From the sequence record LR745208.1: a stretch of 64,000 nucleotides of DNA. One strand, written 5' to 3'. Below, piece after piece: positions 37,694-47,685 of this stretch (its first letter is position 1; the number at the start of each line of letters is the position of its first letter). The notes under the pieces were generated by a model that worked only from the letters and a program-made list of their open reading frames with translations, did no database searches and was not told the DNA's origin. Both the position numbers and the translations under genes were made by a program.

Positions 37694-37960
37694 TCACCGC
37701 CAATCTGATGCCTTAGGCAAGTAGCCCTTCTTGAAGGCCACCTTAATGACATTCTTCAGGATCCCAATATCCGTAGATGACCCCAGAAACAGCCTCTCCC
37801 AAGACCCCCCAGCCTTCAGGAACACCTGACAAATGCGAGCATACGACTCAGGGGTGTGCTCAATCTTAGACCCATAGGTAGATGTCAACAACTTCTTGAG
37901 GAAGCGGTAATCAGCCCGACTGGGCTTCAGTGGATCCAATTTGGCGGCCTTGAGTGTCAA
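37694..37960 (-). CDS. hypothetical protein
   Basis: 88 aa, coupled to the terminase stop; its TGA lies inside the TTCAC end of the TnpB element. Confidence 0.6.
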   Translation of the reverse strand: MTLKAAKLDPLKPSRADYRFLKKLLTSTYGSKIEHTPESYARICQVFLKAGGSWERLFLGSSTDIGILKNVIKVAFKKGYLPKASDWR

Positions 37961-39849
37961 TGGAATCGCCTACCTCCCGCTACCCTGCTTCTACCCCCGC
38001 CCCCAGACCGGCCCCTAGGGACCTGTCTGGATTCGTGGGACCCGCTCTGTAGTAACTTCTGCCGTGCTGTCACCCTGGTGTAACCGGGGAGGGCCCCTGC
38101 CCCCAGCGTTCTCTGGGTGGCAATGTATCCCATCTTGGACAGTCTATTGGATGCCAACCAAACCATTCGGATCAGGGCATCAGACATATCGTCATGTTTT
38201 CCCTCAATATTGGGGGCCTCTACGGTCGTGATAAACTTGGAATGGTACTCTGCCTGAAGCTCCAGAAGTTCCAAAATGTATGGGCAGTGCTCAGCCCCCG
38301 CCGCAATAGGGTAGTCATACAGGACTACCCGCTTGTCCCACATCATGTCCTTGAAGTTATGGAACATCTGAGAGACCAAGTTCTTGGGCATAGCTGTGGC
38401 CTTCATCTGCGCCAACCCACGTTTCTTGAGGGCTTGCTCGAAGGGTATGCCCGCCCACTGGTCAAACATGCCTTCCTGAAGGGCAAATCTCTTCGATAGA
38501 TCTAGAACCCAGTCCGCCACGTCATCGAACTCTAGGCGTTCCTTATCAACATACTTCCCCTCGCCAGCCTTCATCTGGTCTATTAGATCCACAATGACAC
38601 GATTCTCCTCATTCAGGTGTCCTATGGCGATGGCAGTGCCGTCTCCTACCAGACCCAAGTCGAGCCCAAGGAAGTAGGTCCTTCTAGGTATCCCGCGTTG
38701 CTGAGGCTGAATCGCCTTATCAATGCAAGACTCCAGATCTTCTCGACGCTCAATCCAGCCCCGAGTACGATCTGAGAACTCACCTCCGTATTCAGTGAAG
38801 AAGACGGCCTGATCCTTAAGATAATGCTTCTCAAGCTCTTGTGCAGGAATTGTGGGGTTGACCTCCCATGTGGGGGCCTGAATACAGAGCATGTTCTTAG
38901 CAACGGAGTTGCCCCCCATGCCCATCTGGAACATTTTGTAGAAAAGCCCTTGCTTACCGAGTGGGGAGCTAATCAGCACAATTCTCCCCTCCACATCACC
39001 AATGGGGATCTTTTTGTCCATTGGATCTTTTGGAGAGTAGGCCGACGTCGAGGGGGTCACTGCCTTATAGACGCTGTCTGCGGACGACTGCCCCTTATCC
39101 GTGAAGTGGGCCACCTCGTCCAAAATGACCACAATGTTACCCGGACCTCGGAGCCCCTTTGCAATACAGGACCGAAATGTCACCTTGAGGGTGGCCTTAG
39201 CGGTTGGGTCATTCGCATAAGCCCCGTAACGTTCGATGTCCTTGGGGGTCTGGAATCTGGCATAGGATTGTGTGTTGTTGGCCGTGTATGGCGCAAAAAA
39301 GGAGCATGCCCTAAAATGGCCTGACACCTCTTGATAGAGTAGCCCAGCCTGATCTTTGTCCGTTGCAATGGCAATCAGTTGAATGTTGTTCGAGGCTGGC
39401 AAGCCATAGAATCCCTGAGGGTCCCCCTTACTGATAAGCTTGTATGTCTCATAGGACGTGATGCATGCGGCCAGGAGACTTTTTCCCGACCTTCGTCCAA
39501 CGCTAAGGATCATCTCCCGACGCTCTTGGCCGGGCACTACCTCCTTGATATTGGACCGACCTTCCGAGAAGAGGTATTCCAGATAGCTCTTCTCGGTCAT
39601 TTGCCGGGGGTTTTGACGTCTCCAATCCGTGACCGTAAACTCCTCTGTGTCATCCAGTGGAATTCCATAGTGGGCCTTGAGGATGATCTTCTGCACTGGA
39701 AAAAGGGCCATGTTGATACCCCACGGGGCCTCAACAAACTCAATGATGTTGGCAACCGGCTTGACCACATTTGTAGCCACTGCCCTAGCACCAGAGAGGG
39801 CTATGTCTCCTAGTCCGGGGCCACCAGAGTTTGTCCCTTTCGTTGCCAC
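37957..39849 (-). CDS. terL: terminase large subunit
   Basis: Walker A GRRSGKS, Walker B VILDE, ISSP coupling motif, nuclease GLDLG...D and HDDMSDA; GTG start at 39849 inferred. Confidence 0.92.
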   Translation of the reverse strand: MATKGTNSGGPGLGDIALSGARAVATNVVKPVANIIEFVEAPWGINMALFPVQKIILKAHYGIPLDDTEEFTVTDWRRQNPRQMTEKSYLEYLFSEGRSNIKEVVPGQERREMILSVGRRSGKSLLAACITSYETYKLISKGDPQGFYGLPASNNIQLIAIATDKDQAGLLYQEVSGHFRACSFFAPYTANNTQSYARFQTPKDIERYGAYANDPTAKATLKVTFRSCIAKGLRGPGNIVVILDEVAHFTDKGQSSADSVYKAVTPSTSAYSPKDPMDKKIPIGDVEGRIVLISSPLGKQGLFYKMFQMGMGGNSVAKNMLCIQAPTWEVNPTIPAQELEKHYLKDQAVFFTEYGGEFSDRTRGWIERREDLESCIDKAIQPQQRGIPRRTYFLGLDLGLVGDGTAIAIGHLNEENRVIVDLIDQMKAGEGKYVDKERLEFDDVADWVLDLSKRFALQEGMFDQWAGIPFEQALKKRGLAQMKATAMPKNLVSQMFHNFKDMMWDKRVVLYDYPIAAGAEHCPYILELLELQAEYHSKFITTVEAPNIEGKHDDMSDALIRMVWLASNRLSKMGYIATQRTLGAGALPGYTRVTARQKLLQSGSHESRQVPRGRSGGGGRSRVAGGRRFH

Positions 39850-39850
39850 G

Positions 39851-41152
39851 CTATCCGTTATCCAAAACTGACCCATCTATCCCCGATTGGGAGTCAATGG
39901 TGTTTGGTGCTTGCCCAACCAGAAGTTTCGTTGTGTCATTCAGACCACAACCAGAGCTTCCAGGACAGCAAGCTGACACCGCGTAACTCGCGGCCAGTTT
40001 CTTTAGGTTAATCGCCGCGTTCAGGTCTCTATCGATTGTGAGCCCACACTCGGAGCACCTGAACGTTCGATCCGATAAGGTCAAATCATCCTTGACTGCC
40101 CCACACTTGGAGCAGGTCTTACTCGACGGGAAGAACCGATCTGCCCTAATGAGTTGTCCGCCCGACCTGCCTACCTTGTAGGTCAGCTGTCGGTGAAACT
40201 CTCCCAACCCAGCGTCAGCCATTGCTTTGCTTAGCTTCCGGTTCTTCATCATTCCTGAGATATTGAGGGACTCAATCACAATGGTTGACGCCTGCTTGGT
40301 TATCGCAGAGGTAGCCTTGTGGATCGTGTCCTTCCTGATATTGCTGACTCGATAATGCTGCCTTGCTAACTTGACAGCCGCCTTCTTCCTGTTGTTGGAC
40401 CCTTTTCTCTTACGGGACACTGACTTGTTGAGTTGACGGAGCTTCTTCTCAGTCGCCCTAAGAGCCTTTGGGTTCTCAAATACCTCCCCGTCACTCGTCA
40501 CCGCTAGGTGGGAGATACCCACGTCCACCCCAATGACATGATGGGGAAGTGGCTTGAGAGCTGGTTGGTCCATCTCGACCTGAACTGAAACAAACCACCT
40601 ACCCGCCTTCTCGGAGACCGTGGCCTTGAGGATCCTGACGCCACTGGTTGGAAGATAGTTGGACTCCTTCAGTCGAATGGTTCCTAAGTTGGGGAGTTGT
40701 ATCGATGTTTCCTGGACACTAATGGTTCCAGTCAGGGTGAAGCTCCCGATTCCCCTCTTGCGGGACTTGAACTTGGGGAATCCTTTCTTCTTAGCCCCCT
40801 CTCGGCATCGTTGGAAGAAGTTGGACATAGCCTTGTCGAGATTTCGTAGGGCCTCTTGAGGGGCACATTTGGATACCTCATACAGCCAAGGAACCCCGCC
40901 TTCCTCAACAGGCAACTTCTTGAGTTCATTCAACTCTCGGTGAAGGTCAATGGCTGATAATCTCTTCCCAGTGTTCCAGTAGAACTCCGTCTTCCGGGCC
41001 AGTCCCCAATTGTAAGCCCACCTACCGGCCCCAGTTGATTGGACAAGGAGACTCCGCTCCTTGTCATTAGGGTTCAGCTCGGTTTTGAACGACCGAACTA
41101 CCTTCCCAGGGGGACTCTGGTACTTGACTTTCTTTTTCTTCCCAGACGTCAT
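39851..41152 (-). CDS. tnpB: RNA-guided endonuclease TnpB (IS607-type)
   Basis: SFKTELNPN; GVDVG, IESL, DRDLNA; CSKC...CSEC; intact. Confidence 0.95.
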   Translation of the reverse strand: MTSGKKKKVKYQSPPGKVVRSFKTELNPNDKERSLLVQSTGAGRWAYNWGLARKTEFYWNTGKRLSAIDLHRELNELKKLPVEEGGVPWLYEVSKCAPQEALRNLDKAMSNFFQRCREGAKKKGFPKFKSRKRGIGSFTLTGTISVQETSIQLPNLGTIRLKESNYLPTSGVRILKATVSEKAGRWFVSVQVEMDQPALKPLPHHVIGVDVGISHLAVTSDGEVFENPKALRATEKKLRQLNKSVSRKRKGSNNRKKAAVKLARQHYRVSNIRKDTIHKATSAITKQASTIVIESLNISGMMKNRKLSKAMADAGLGEFHRQLTYKVGRSGGQLIRADRFFPSSKTCSKCGAVKDDLTLSDRTFRCSECGLTIDRDLNAAINLKKLAASYAVSACCPGSSGCGLNDTTKLLVGQAPNTIDSQSGIDGSVLDNG

Positions 41153-41205
41153 TCGAAATGGCCTTTCAGATCCATTTCCGCTAGGTTTTGGCAGCTCATC
41201 CCTGT
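39855..41205 (-). mobile_element. solo IS607-like TnpB element between the candidate terS and terL
   Basis: Right end GGGTCAGTTTTGGATAACGG; flanked by GGATAGC at 39850-39856 and 41206-41212. Confidence 0.7.
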
Positions 41206-41206
41206 G

Positions 41207-41998
41207 CTATCCCTTCTTCATCCTAGACTTGGCTTCGTTCTTCCACTCATCCTTGAGTAGCTTGGCAAACTCTGAGAACGTCCCATCTATCTGTTCCTGA
41301 CGTACCCCAGCGGCCTCCATGGCTCTGGCAAAGGTCTCTGAGATGAACTGGAATAGCACCCCAAAAGCCACTCCCTCAATATCAATGATTTGGCTGTCCA
41401 ACTGTTCCCGACGTTTGATCCAAGTATCCCCTAGGGACTTCAGGGCACCCACCCGACGCATAGACAGATGAGAACTCTCCCGACCATCCCGTTCAGCTTC
41501 CATCCGCTCGAATCTCAGGGAAGCAGCCTCCTCAGCAATGGCTAGCACCACCTGATTAAGCACATCTGAGGACTCTGGGTTAATCCTAACTGCTTGGGCA
41601 ATTGGGTCATTCCTGCCCATAGCAGTCTTAAGCTTTAGCAGGTCCCCAACGATTGGGGTCCTGGCGGGTTTCACATCGTCCATGGTCAACTCAGAGTCTG
41701 GGTCCTCCTCCCCATCCTCGGTGGATACCATTTTGGGCTGGGCTCTGGGAGACCCTGCCTTTGGCGGCCTTCCCCCTACCCCCTTGGCAAACACAGGCAT
41801 TTTTGTTGACTCACTGAGGGACAGGGTATCTGTAGACAGAACATCATCCAAATCCCGCCAACGCGTGATCCCCTTCTGGTCCACCACCCTGATCCTACGG
41901 GACCCCTCAGGGACCACATATCCGGCCAGCTTCCTGACCGCATCAGCTGTGGAAAGTACTAGCTCTTTGGAAACATCCTCACTAAAATCGTCCGGCAT
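41207..41998 (-). CDS. candidate terminase small subunit
   Basis: Helical protein that would directly abut terL once the TnpB element is removed; positional call only. Confidence 0.5.
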   Translation of the reverse strand: MPDDFSEDVSKELVLSTADAVRKLAGYVVPEGSRRIRVVDQKGITRWRDLDDVLSTDTLSLSESTKMPVFAKGVGGRPPKAGSPRAQPKMVSTEDGEEDPDSELTMDDVKPARTPIVGDLLKLKTAMGRNDPIAQAVRINPESSDVLNQVVLAIAEEAASLRFERMEAERDGRESSHLSMRRVGALKSLGDTWIKRREQLDSQIIDIEGVAFGVLFQFISETFARAMEAAGVRQEQIDGTFSEFAKLLKDEWKNEAKSRMKKG

Positions 41999-42026
41999 AA
42001 CTACACTGTACCAATTAGCCCAACTC

Positions 42027-42650
42027 TTACGGCAGGATTGTTGGGGGTGCCTGAGTCTTCACGGCCTTGAAGATGAAAAAAGTCTGACGCTGATTTGCGG
42101 TCCCTGTGAGAACCACACCCCCCGGCCCCAGCACCCGAAACATGGTCCCCCCCAGCAGCACAGCCATGTCGTTGCTGGCCTTCACTGGAATAGTTTCATC
42201 TGGCCTAGAAGAGTTAATGTATACAGTATCAGCTATGGCAACTGCGGATACCCGATCCAGAGTATTCAGATATGTCGCCAGCTCGGTGGCGACAGTTCCC
42301 ACTGGACCCCCTCCCGAGCCTATACCCACACCAAAGCTCTCCGAAGCAACGGGGTATTGGGTGAAACACTGGACCTCTTCCTTGAAATAGAAAGGCCCAG
42401 GTGGGGTCACCGCAGGGTCCCAATACAAGGCACTGAGTACCTGGATGGCCACCGTATAGTGTGTTGCATCCACCACTGGCTGTGCCTGGATGGGTCCCCC
42501 AATACGGGCCGTACCATTGGGTAGGACCACCTGCTGAAGCTCGAATCCCGTCCGAAGCTTCACAGGATTCCCGCCAATGACACTGGGGTCCCCTGAGGCA
42601 GCAAGGTTAGCAACCAGAATCTTGAACTTCGGGGGTGTGGAGATGGGCAT
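42027..42650 (-). CDS. putative virion structural protein
   Basis: 207-aa beta-rich ORF in the late block. Confidence 0.6.
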   Translation of the reverse strand: MPISTPPKFKILVANLAASGDPSVIGGNPVKLRTGFELQQVVLPNGTARIGGPIQAQPVVDATHYTVAIQVLSALYWDPAVTPPGPFYFKEEVQCFTQYPVASESFGVGIGSGGGPVGTVATELATYLNTLDRVSAVAIADTVYINSSRPDETIPVKASNDMAVLLGGTMFRVLGPGGVVLTGTANQRQTFFIFKAVKTQAPPTILP

Positions 42651-42654
42651 GGGA

Positions 42655-44499
42655 CTAGTCCTCGTCGTCTGGGATGGTCATGCCGTCGTCGAACAGAATC
42701 CCAGCCAAATGGTCATTGGGCAGGCTGTCATAGTCGAAGGTGTCCAAGTTGTCGTTCTGAAGGTCGAAGTCATCCTCATACCCGCGTGCAAACATGGCCG
42801 CTGTACGCTCTGAGTCGTCCGCATTGGCCAGTCGGATGGCTTCCTTCTGGTAGGCCCCTGGGTTTTCAGCAGGGGTCTCACTGACAAGAGTCTTTGCATA
42901 CTTCTGGCACTTACCGGACACATTGCACGAGCAGCTCTCGCACCGGGCCATCTTGAGTAGTGACTTGAGTTGATTTGCCCGATGAATCAAGGCCCCTTTT
43001 TCACATCCAGCCGTCCCTGTTGTCGAGGCATAGACACTGGCATCCACATAGAGATGGCCTGCAAGGCCCTCATGCTTCTTGCGTATCTGGACCAGTTGGC
43101 CAGATGCCGCTTCGAGCTCGGACTTAGCAAACCTGGACCGGAGCATCACGTCCAGGTCATCCCCCGCCACACCCTCATTCATCTGTATGGAGGCGTACTT
43201 GACTACCTGCTGGGATGCCCGATCGAGAACCTCTACCTGAGCAGCTGCTTTCGTGGCGGTTACCCGTGCCTTGAACACAGGTCCGGTGTAATCTTTGGCA
43301 GCCACATACTGTGGGATCTCAATGTGGTTCACAATGCGATCATGGGCTAGATGGACCATCTCCTTAGGTGGTATTCCGCTGGACAAAAGCTTGTCAGCAT
43401 CCTCAGAGGATAGTTTGCCTGCCTTCACAAGGGAGGCAACCACACCCCTGGCCTTATCCACTGAGGCCTGACGGAGAAGGTCCTCCTGTGTCTTTGCCCA
43501 GCTGGCATCCTTGGTGGCCTGTGGTAGTGGGCTCTTAACCCCAACCCCTGGGCCCTCATAAGTGGACTTCCTGGTACTAGGGACATCGGACAATAGAGCT
43601 GCCAAAAGGGCTTTCTTAGGATCCCCCGAAGCCAGCCTACGCCCGGAGACTTCCAGCCGTGGGCGATACAACTCCAGGGCAGTCCCCCATGGAATCTCAG
43701 TGACCACCTGTTTGCCAAGGAAGTTATCATAGGCAGCCAGTTTTGACCCGGGCTTGGTGAGCCAGTAAGCCGCGGAGGCACACTTCTTCTTGATGATCGA
43801 ATCCCACTTGCCTGTGAGAAGGCCAGGAAAAGCCGAGTCCCGCAAGTAAAGCTGCCCGACAATCCCGTGCTCCGCACGGACAGAGTGGATAGCCGAGGCA
43901 AACTTCAGCCCCTGTGGGCTATCGAAATCCTGGCTTCGCAGATGGGTTGACACGTCCTGAACAATATTGTCAAGGGACTCCCCAAAAGCCGACCGGCGCA
44001 TTGCCGAAGCAATCAACCCCAAAAATTGGTCCCCAGGCAAGTGGGCGGTTTCCGACTTTGGCTGAGGTGGAACTACCACATTGGGGACCAAGTTCACCCC
44101 ATCCGTTCGACGACTAATCCCCCACGCCTCAGGAAGACCCTTGATTACCGAGTCCTTAGGGGAAACAGGAAGGCGGTCTGGATCCTGCTCCGCCGTTTCC
44201 AGCCAGGATAGATCCGTCAGGTATGCCGCTTCCCTCACCATGGAAGAGATGTCCCCAAGATTGTACTCCTCACTGTCATTCAACGTCACATCCCCTGCAA
44301 ACTTATTAGGGCCTTCCGTAAGGACCCCCTCTGGTAGGTGGGACAGCCCACTCTGGGACCTGGGCAAATCTGGGTCTGGATCCTTCCTATTGGTAAGGAC
44401 ACCCTCCCCATATTCCTCTGAGAAGTCAAACCCGTCCAACATGTAGTTGCTGCCCAGCATTGGCTCATAGCCGCCATCTGGCATTTTTGAACTGGTCAT
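42655..44499 (-). CDS. large hypothetical (head-associated) protein with a C-terminal Cys cluster
   Basis: 614 aa; CESCSCNVSGKCQKY; acidic ends. Confidence 0.7.
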   Translation of the reverse strand: MTSSKMPDGGYEPMLGSNYMLDGFDFSEEYGEGVLTNRKDPDPDLPRSQSGLSHLPEGVLTEGPNKFAGDVTLNDSEEYNLGDISSMVREAAYLTDLSWLETAEQDPDRLPVSPKDSVIKGLPEAWGISRRTDGVNLVPNVVVPPQPKSETAHLPGDQFLGLIASAMRRSAFGESLDNIVQDVSTHLRSQDFDSPQGLKFASAIHSVRAEHGIVGQLYLRDSAFPGLLTGKWDSIIKKKCASAAYWLTKPGSKLAAYDNFLGKQVVTEIPWGTALELYRPRLEVSGRRLASGDPKKALLAALLSDVPSTRKSTYEGPGVGVKSPLPQATKDASWAKTQEDLLRQASVDKARGVVASLVKAGKLSSEDADKLLSSGIPPKEMVHLAHDRIVNHIEIPQYVAAKDYTGPVFKARVTATKAAAQVEVLDRASQQVVKYASIQMNEGVAGDDLDVMLRSRFAKSELEAASGQLVQIRKKHEGLAGHLYVDASVYASTTGTAGCEKGALIHRANQLKSLLKMARCESCSCNVSGKCQKYAKTLVSETPAENPGAYQKEAIRLANADDSERTAAMFARGYEDDFDLQNDNLDTFDYDSLPNDHLAGILFDDGMTIPDDED

Positions 44500-45143
44500 T
44501 TTGACTCCTGACGATAGTGGTTCAATAGGCTAATCATAGCCATTTTCACGGATCGGATGGAATTCTCGTTATCTTCGTCCATCTCGTCTTCCTGCTCCTC
44601 GGCCCACCCTTCCGGGTCTTCCTTGATTGCCAAGGCGTCATCCACGATCTGTTCCACTTCTTGCTTCTCCTCTGGGGTTTCCTGACGCGAAACGGCTGCC
44701 CAATGGGGTGCTCGAATCTCATCATATAGGGTGTCGCTGAGGGCTGAAAGGGCCTCAATAAGGTTCATGTAGGCACGGCGCATTTCTGCGATCTTTTGGA
44801 TGTACCCCTTCCCCCCAAGTGCCCCGTCAGGAGAGATCTCCGCGGACTTGAGTTTTGTGAACACCGCATAAGCTGCCATTGAGTGGCCGAGGGCGGCGTT
44901 GGTGGACCTCAGCACCTTTGCCAAAGGCTTGGTATTCCTGGGATCAAAAGCGAAGTCTGGGGTGAGTTTCCGCTCCTGTGGGCCAGAGTCATTCCAGGCC
45001 CATTGGCTGGCGTCATTGGACTTGTCCTTAATGAACCGAACTTCACCGGCTGTCAGCATTCGACCCGCTACCCGGGATGGTGACGCCTCCGTGATCTGAG
45101 CAAACACAACCTGGGCAATAGCCTTGGGATCTGGGGGGGTCAT
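44496..45143 (-). CDS. hypothetical protein
   Basis: ATG at 45143 inferred; SPSRVAGRM; acidic C-terminus. Confidence 0.65.
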   Translation of the reverse strand: MTPPDPKAIAQVVFAQITEASPSRVAGRMLTAGEVRFIKDKSNDASQWAWNDSGPQERKLTPDFAFDPRNTKPLAKVLRSTNAALGHSMAAYAVFTKLKSAEISPDGALGGKGYIQKIAEMRRAYMNLIEALSALSDTLYDEIRAPHWAAVSRQETPEEKQEVEQIVDDALAIKEDPEGWAEEQEDEMDEDNENSIRSVKMAMISLLNHYRQESK

Positions 45144-45147
45144 CTCG

Positions 45148-45672
45148 TTATACCTTGAGGGGGCTGCCAGTGTCATTGAAGAGTCTCTCGATCACGAAGT
45201 CCCCGTCCACTTTCCGTAGCGACCACAAATCTTTGGTAGCCTTATGGACCAGCTCGTCCTCGCTCCCGCACCTCAAAAAGTCATCCAAATCCCCAAGGGA
45301 TGATACAACCCTACGGTAACTGGAGGATCTACGGGTTGATGTGGGGGCGGGAGTCAGGTGTTCCCGCCGGGTACCCGTAAGGCGCCCATTGTCCCACTTA
45401 ACAAAAACCACACCCTCATGGGTCGTGGTATCCCCCATTGCCGTTCGGACCATCACCACTGTGCCTATCACCCCACGCTCGGGAGGATCAGGATAAGCAA
45501 GCAAAGAAGACAGTTTTCCATCGAAGGTCACCCGGATACCCGAGGGCACAACGTCTGGAAGTAGTTGATTTCCCAGGACAACTTGTCGAACAGATGTGTT
45601 CTTGCTATGAGACAAGTACTCATCCAGGGAGTTCGTGGTATAGAATCCGTCGGTTTCCCAAAATTCAGCCAT
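45148..45672 (-). CDS. SH3-like hypothetical protein
   Basis: GTVVMV...VFVKWDNG; C-terminal LVHKATKDLWSL...IERLF. Confidence 0.65.
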   Translation of the reverse strand: MAEFWETDGFYTTNSLDEYLSHSKNTSVRQVVLGNQLLPDVVPSGIRVTFDGKLSSLLAYPDPPERGVIGTVVMVRTAMGDTTTHEGVVFVKWDNGRLTGTRREHLTPAPTSTRRSSSYRRVVSSLGDLDDFLRCGSEDELVHKATKDLWSLRKVDGDFVIERLFNDTGSPLKV

Positions 45673-45716
45673 GGTGCCTGATAGGGCAGGCTAATAGGGT
45701 TTCAATTCAGGCTGGG

Positions 45717-46901
45717 CTAGGATGTGACGGTCCAGGACACGGTTGTGGTCTCAGGGGCTGAGAACTCCACCGTGAATCCCGTAGCCAACTTATTGGACAC
45801 CTTGGACGTGGTATAGACCAGGGTTTCCAGGGATACAGCATAGTTAGCATTTGGTCTTGGTGCCCCAAACACCACAGCTTCAGATGCGGAACCCACGAAC
45901 CCCACGGTCCCAACAGTCTGTTCCTCCGAGAGGGTTCCTGCCCCGGCCAGGGTGCCCCGAGAAGACGTCTTGAAGGTCGCTGTGGTAGTTCCGTTGAGGG
46001 TAACATTCCCCACGGCGGAACCAACCACTGTAAGGGTCCTGTTCCCATTCATGGTAAGGGTGCCCACCGCACTGCACCCCTTGATTGACAAGGAACCTGC
46101 CCCAGATAGGGTTGACAAAGTATTCCCGGCCGAGTCACAGCCAACAATAGAGTAGGCGGATCCTGAGACCGATGGGATAGTGCCAGCCGAGCTGTAGTCC
46201 ATCTGGACCAGAGGCATCCCGCCCCCCCTCACTGACACACTGGCACACTGAGCCACCCGTAGGGAAGCGGTGGCTGGTACCCCATCCGACCTACAATCCT
46301 GGAGAATTATGGTGTTGACCGCATTGGCATAGACAGTATAGCCCCCCACCCCTGTAGGACGGATGTCACATGCATCGAGGATGATGCCATCTGTGCCTAC
46401 GGTGGACCCGGCCCCACCCACCAGCGAGACACAGGCCAAACTGTCTTCCGTCTGAACGATGACCATCCCCTTCAGGGTAAGGGATGTGGGAAATGACGCC
46501 ACAGCATCCTGCACGACAATGGTTGCCGCAGCGGCACTGTTCTGTAGCACCACACGACCAAGTCCCAGGATGGTAATACCAGCCTTCTCAATTGTGACGT
46601 TTTCCGTGTATACCCCCGGAAACATTAGGATAACATAGGGATTGGTCAAACTTGAGGACACAGGGACGGCATCCACTGCACTTTGCAGTGTTGTATACTT
46701 CGCCCCTGTCCCGGCCCTACCCACCACCAGGACACCAGTCACCGTTCCCAGACCGGCCAACTCCGAGAGCAACAGCCCACCCGGCACCAGCACATCCTTA
46801 AAACGCATTGCTCCTGTAGAGGACAAGCGATCAATAGTCAGGGTCTGACCCGATCCGGGCTCAATCTGGAGAATGTCGGTTTTGAAGGAAGCCTGAGTCA
46901 T
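45717..46901 (-). CDS. pectin-lyase-like beta-helix tailspike/fibre
   Basis: AKYTTLQSAVDA...VILMFPGVYTENVTI followed by beta-helix-like repeats and a short C-terminal lectin-like domain. Confidence 0.7.
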   Translation of the reverse strand: MTQASFKTDILQIEPGSGQTLTIDRLSSTGAMRFKDVLVPGGLLLSELAGLGTVTGVLVVGRAGTGAKYTTLQSAVDAVPVSSSLTNPYVILMFPGVYTENVTIEKAGITILGLGRVVLQNSAAAATIVVQDAVASFPTSLTLKGMVIVQTEDSLACVSLVGGAGSTVGTDGIILDACDIRPTGVGGYTVYANAVNTIILQDCRSDGVPATASLRVAQCASVSVRGGGMPLVQMDYSSAGTIPSVSGSAYSIVGCDSAGNTLSTLSGAGSLSIKGCSAVGTLTMNGNRTLTVVGSAVGNVTLNGTTTATFKTSSRGTLAGAGTLSEEQTVGTVGFVGSASEAVVFGAPRPNANYAVSLETLVYTTSKVSNKLATGFTVEFSAPETTTVSWTVTS

Positions 46902-46910
46902 TTCGACCTC

Positions 46911-47339
46911 TTACGCGAACACGTCATACCCAATGGTGCCCGTATATGTGATGCCCACATCCACAGTAAACCCCGAGATTGTTTTGGAAATCACCCGCAC
47001 GGGAACGAAGTCCACCGTTGAGAACACCACCCTATAGGTGGTTCCTGCAAATGGGGTGACGAAAGTCACTGGCTTCGATGCCTCCGCCACGAAAGAAAGT
47101 TGCCCATTCACAGCACTGGTTTGAGCCACGAGATTCTCCACTTGATCGATTGCGGTCTGGATGTCATCGGTGACCGACTGGGGTACAGATGTCTGGGAAT
47201 CAATAATCCTGCCCTGAGGAGACTGAATATTCTTGACCGAGAGTCCCCCGGTTTGGTCCATTGAAACCGTGAAATAGTAATAGGTTCCAGAGGATCCAGA
47301 CCGATAGGTGAAGTCAGAGAGGGTTCGTTGAAGGGCCAT
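46911..47339 (-). CDS. small fibre-associated protein
   Basis: C-terminus VTFVTPFAGTTYRVVFS...KTISGFTV resembles the end of 45717..46901. Confidence 0.6.
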   Translation of the reverse strand: MALQRTLSDFTYRSGSSGTYYYFTVSMDQTGGLSVKNIQSPQGRIIDSQTSVPQSVTDDIQTAIDQVENLVAQTSAVNGQLSFVAEASKPVTFVTPFAGTTYRVVFSTVDFVPVRVISKTISGFTVDVGITYTGTIGYDVFA

Positions 47340-47343
47340 TGGT

Positions 47344-47655
47344 TCACCAGATAAAGTCGGTCTCTAGACCCGTTGACTCAACCCACTTGGCAAACTTTCG
47401 CAGCCCCTCAGCATCCGAAGACCACACCTCAATGGAATCCCCATGCTCCTGCACCCCGAGGTCTGCAATGTGAGTGGTGGTTGCGATCTTTGCCGTACCA
47501 TCCCTCCAGGACCGGATCAAGGAAGCAAACTTCCGGCAATCCATGGATGTGGTGAACCCCATGAGAGAAAATCGGTACTCCCCTTTAGACATGTCCACCA
47601 GCCAACGTCCAGCGACGGACTTGGCCATGACGATCCTAATATTAGATGCTTCCAA
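47344..47655 (-). CDS. hypothetical protein
   Basis: 103 aa; perfect ATAG-N5-CTAT motif upstream. Confidence 0.6.
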   Translation of the reverse strand: MEASNIRIVMAKSVAGRWLVDMSKGEYRFSLMGFTTSMDCRKFASLIRSWRDGTAKIATTTHIADLGVQEHGDSIEVWSSDAEGLRKFAKWVESTGLETDFIW

Positions 47656-47685
47656 GATATTGAGTTCCTTATCACTCCCGGGATG

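Larger units (their letters stand above)
36250..37697 (+). mobile_element. solo RHH-TnpB element; right end ...GGGTTCAC
   Basis: omega-RNA-like hairpins at 37621-37692 and a TCAC terminus; no tnpA; the left boundary is approximate. Confidence 0.6.

Noticed and set aside
39851-39876. TnpB element as an intron/IStron inside terL
   Set aside because: The overlap disappears with the GTG start at 39849; the reconstruction places the insertion between genes, and no group I core was seen.
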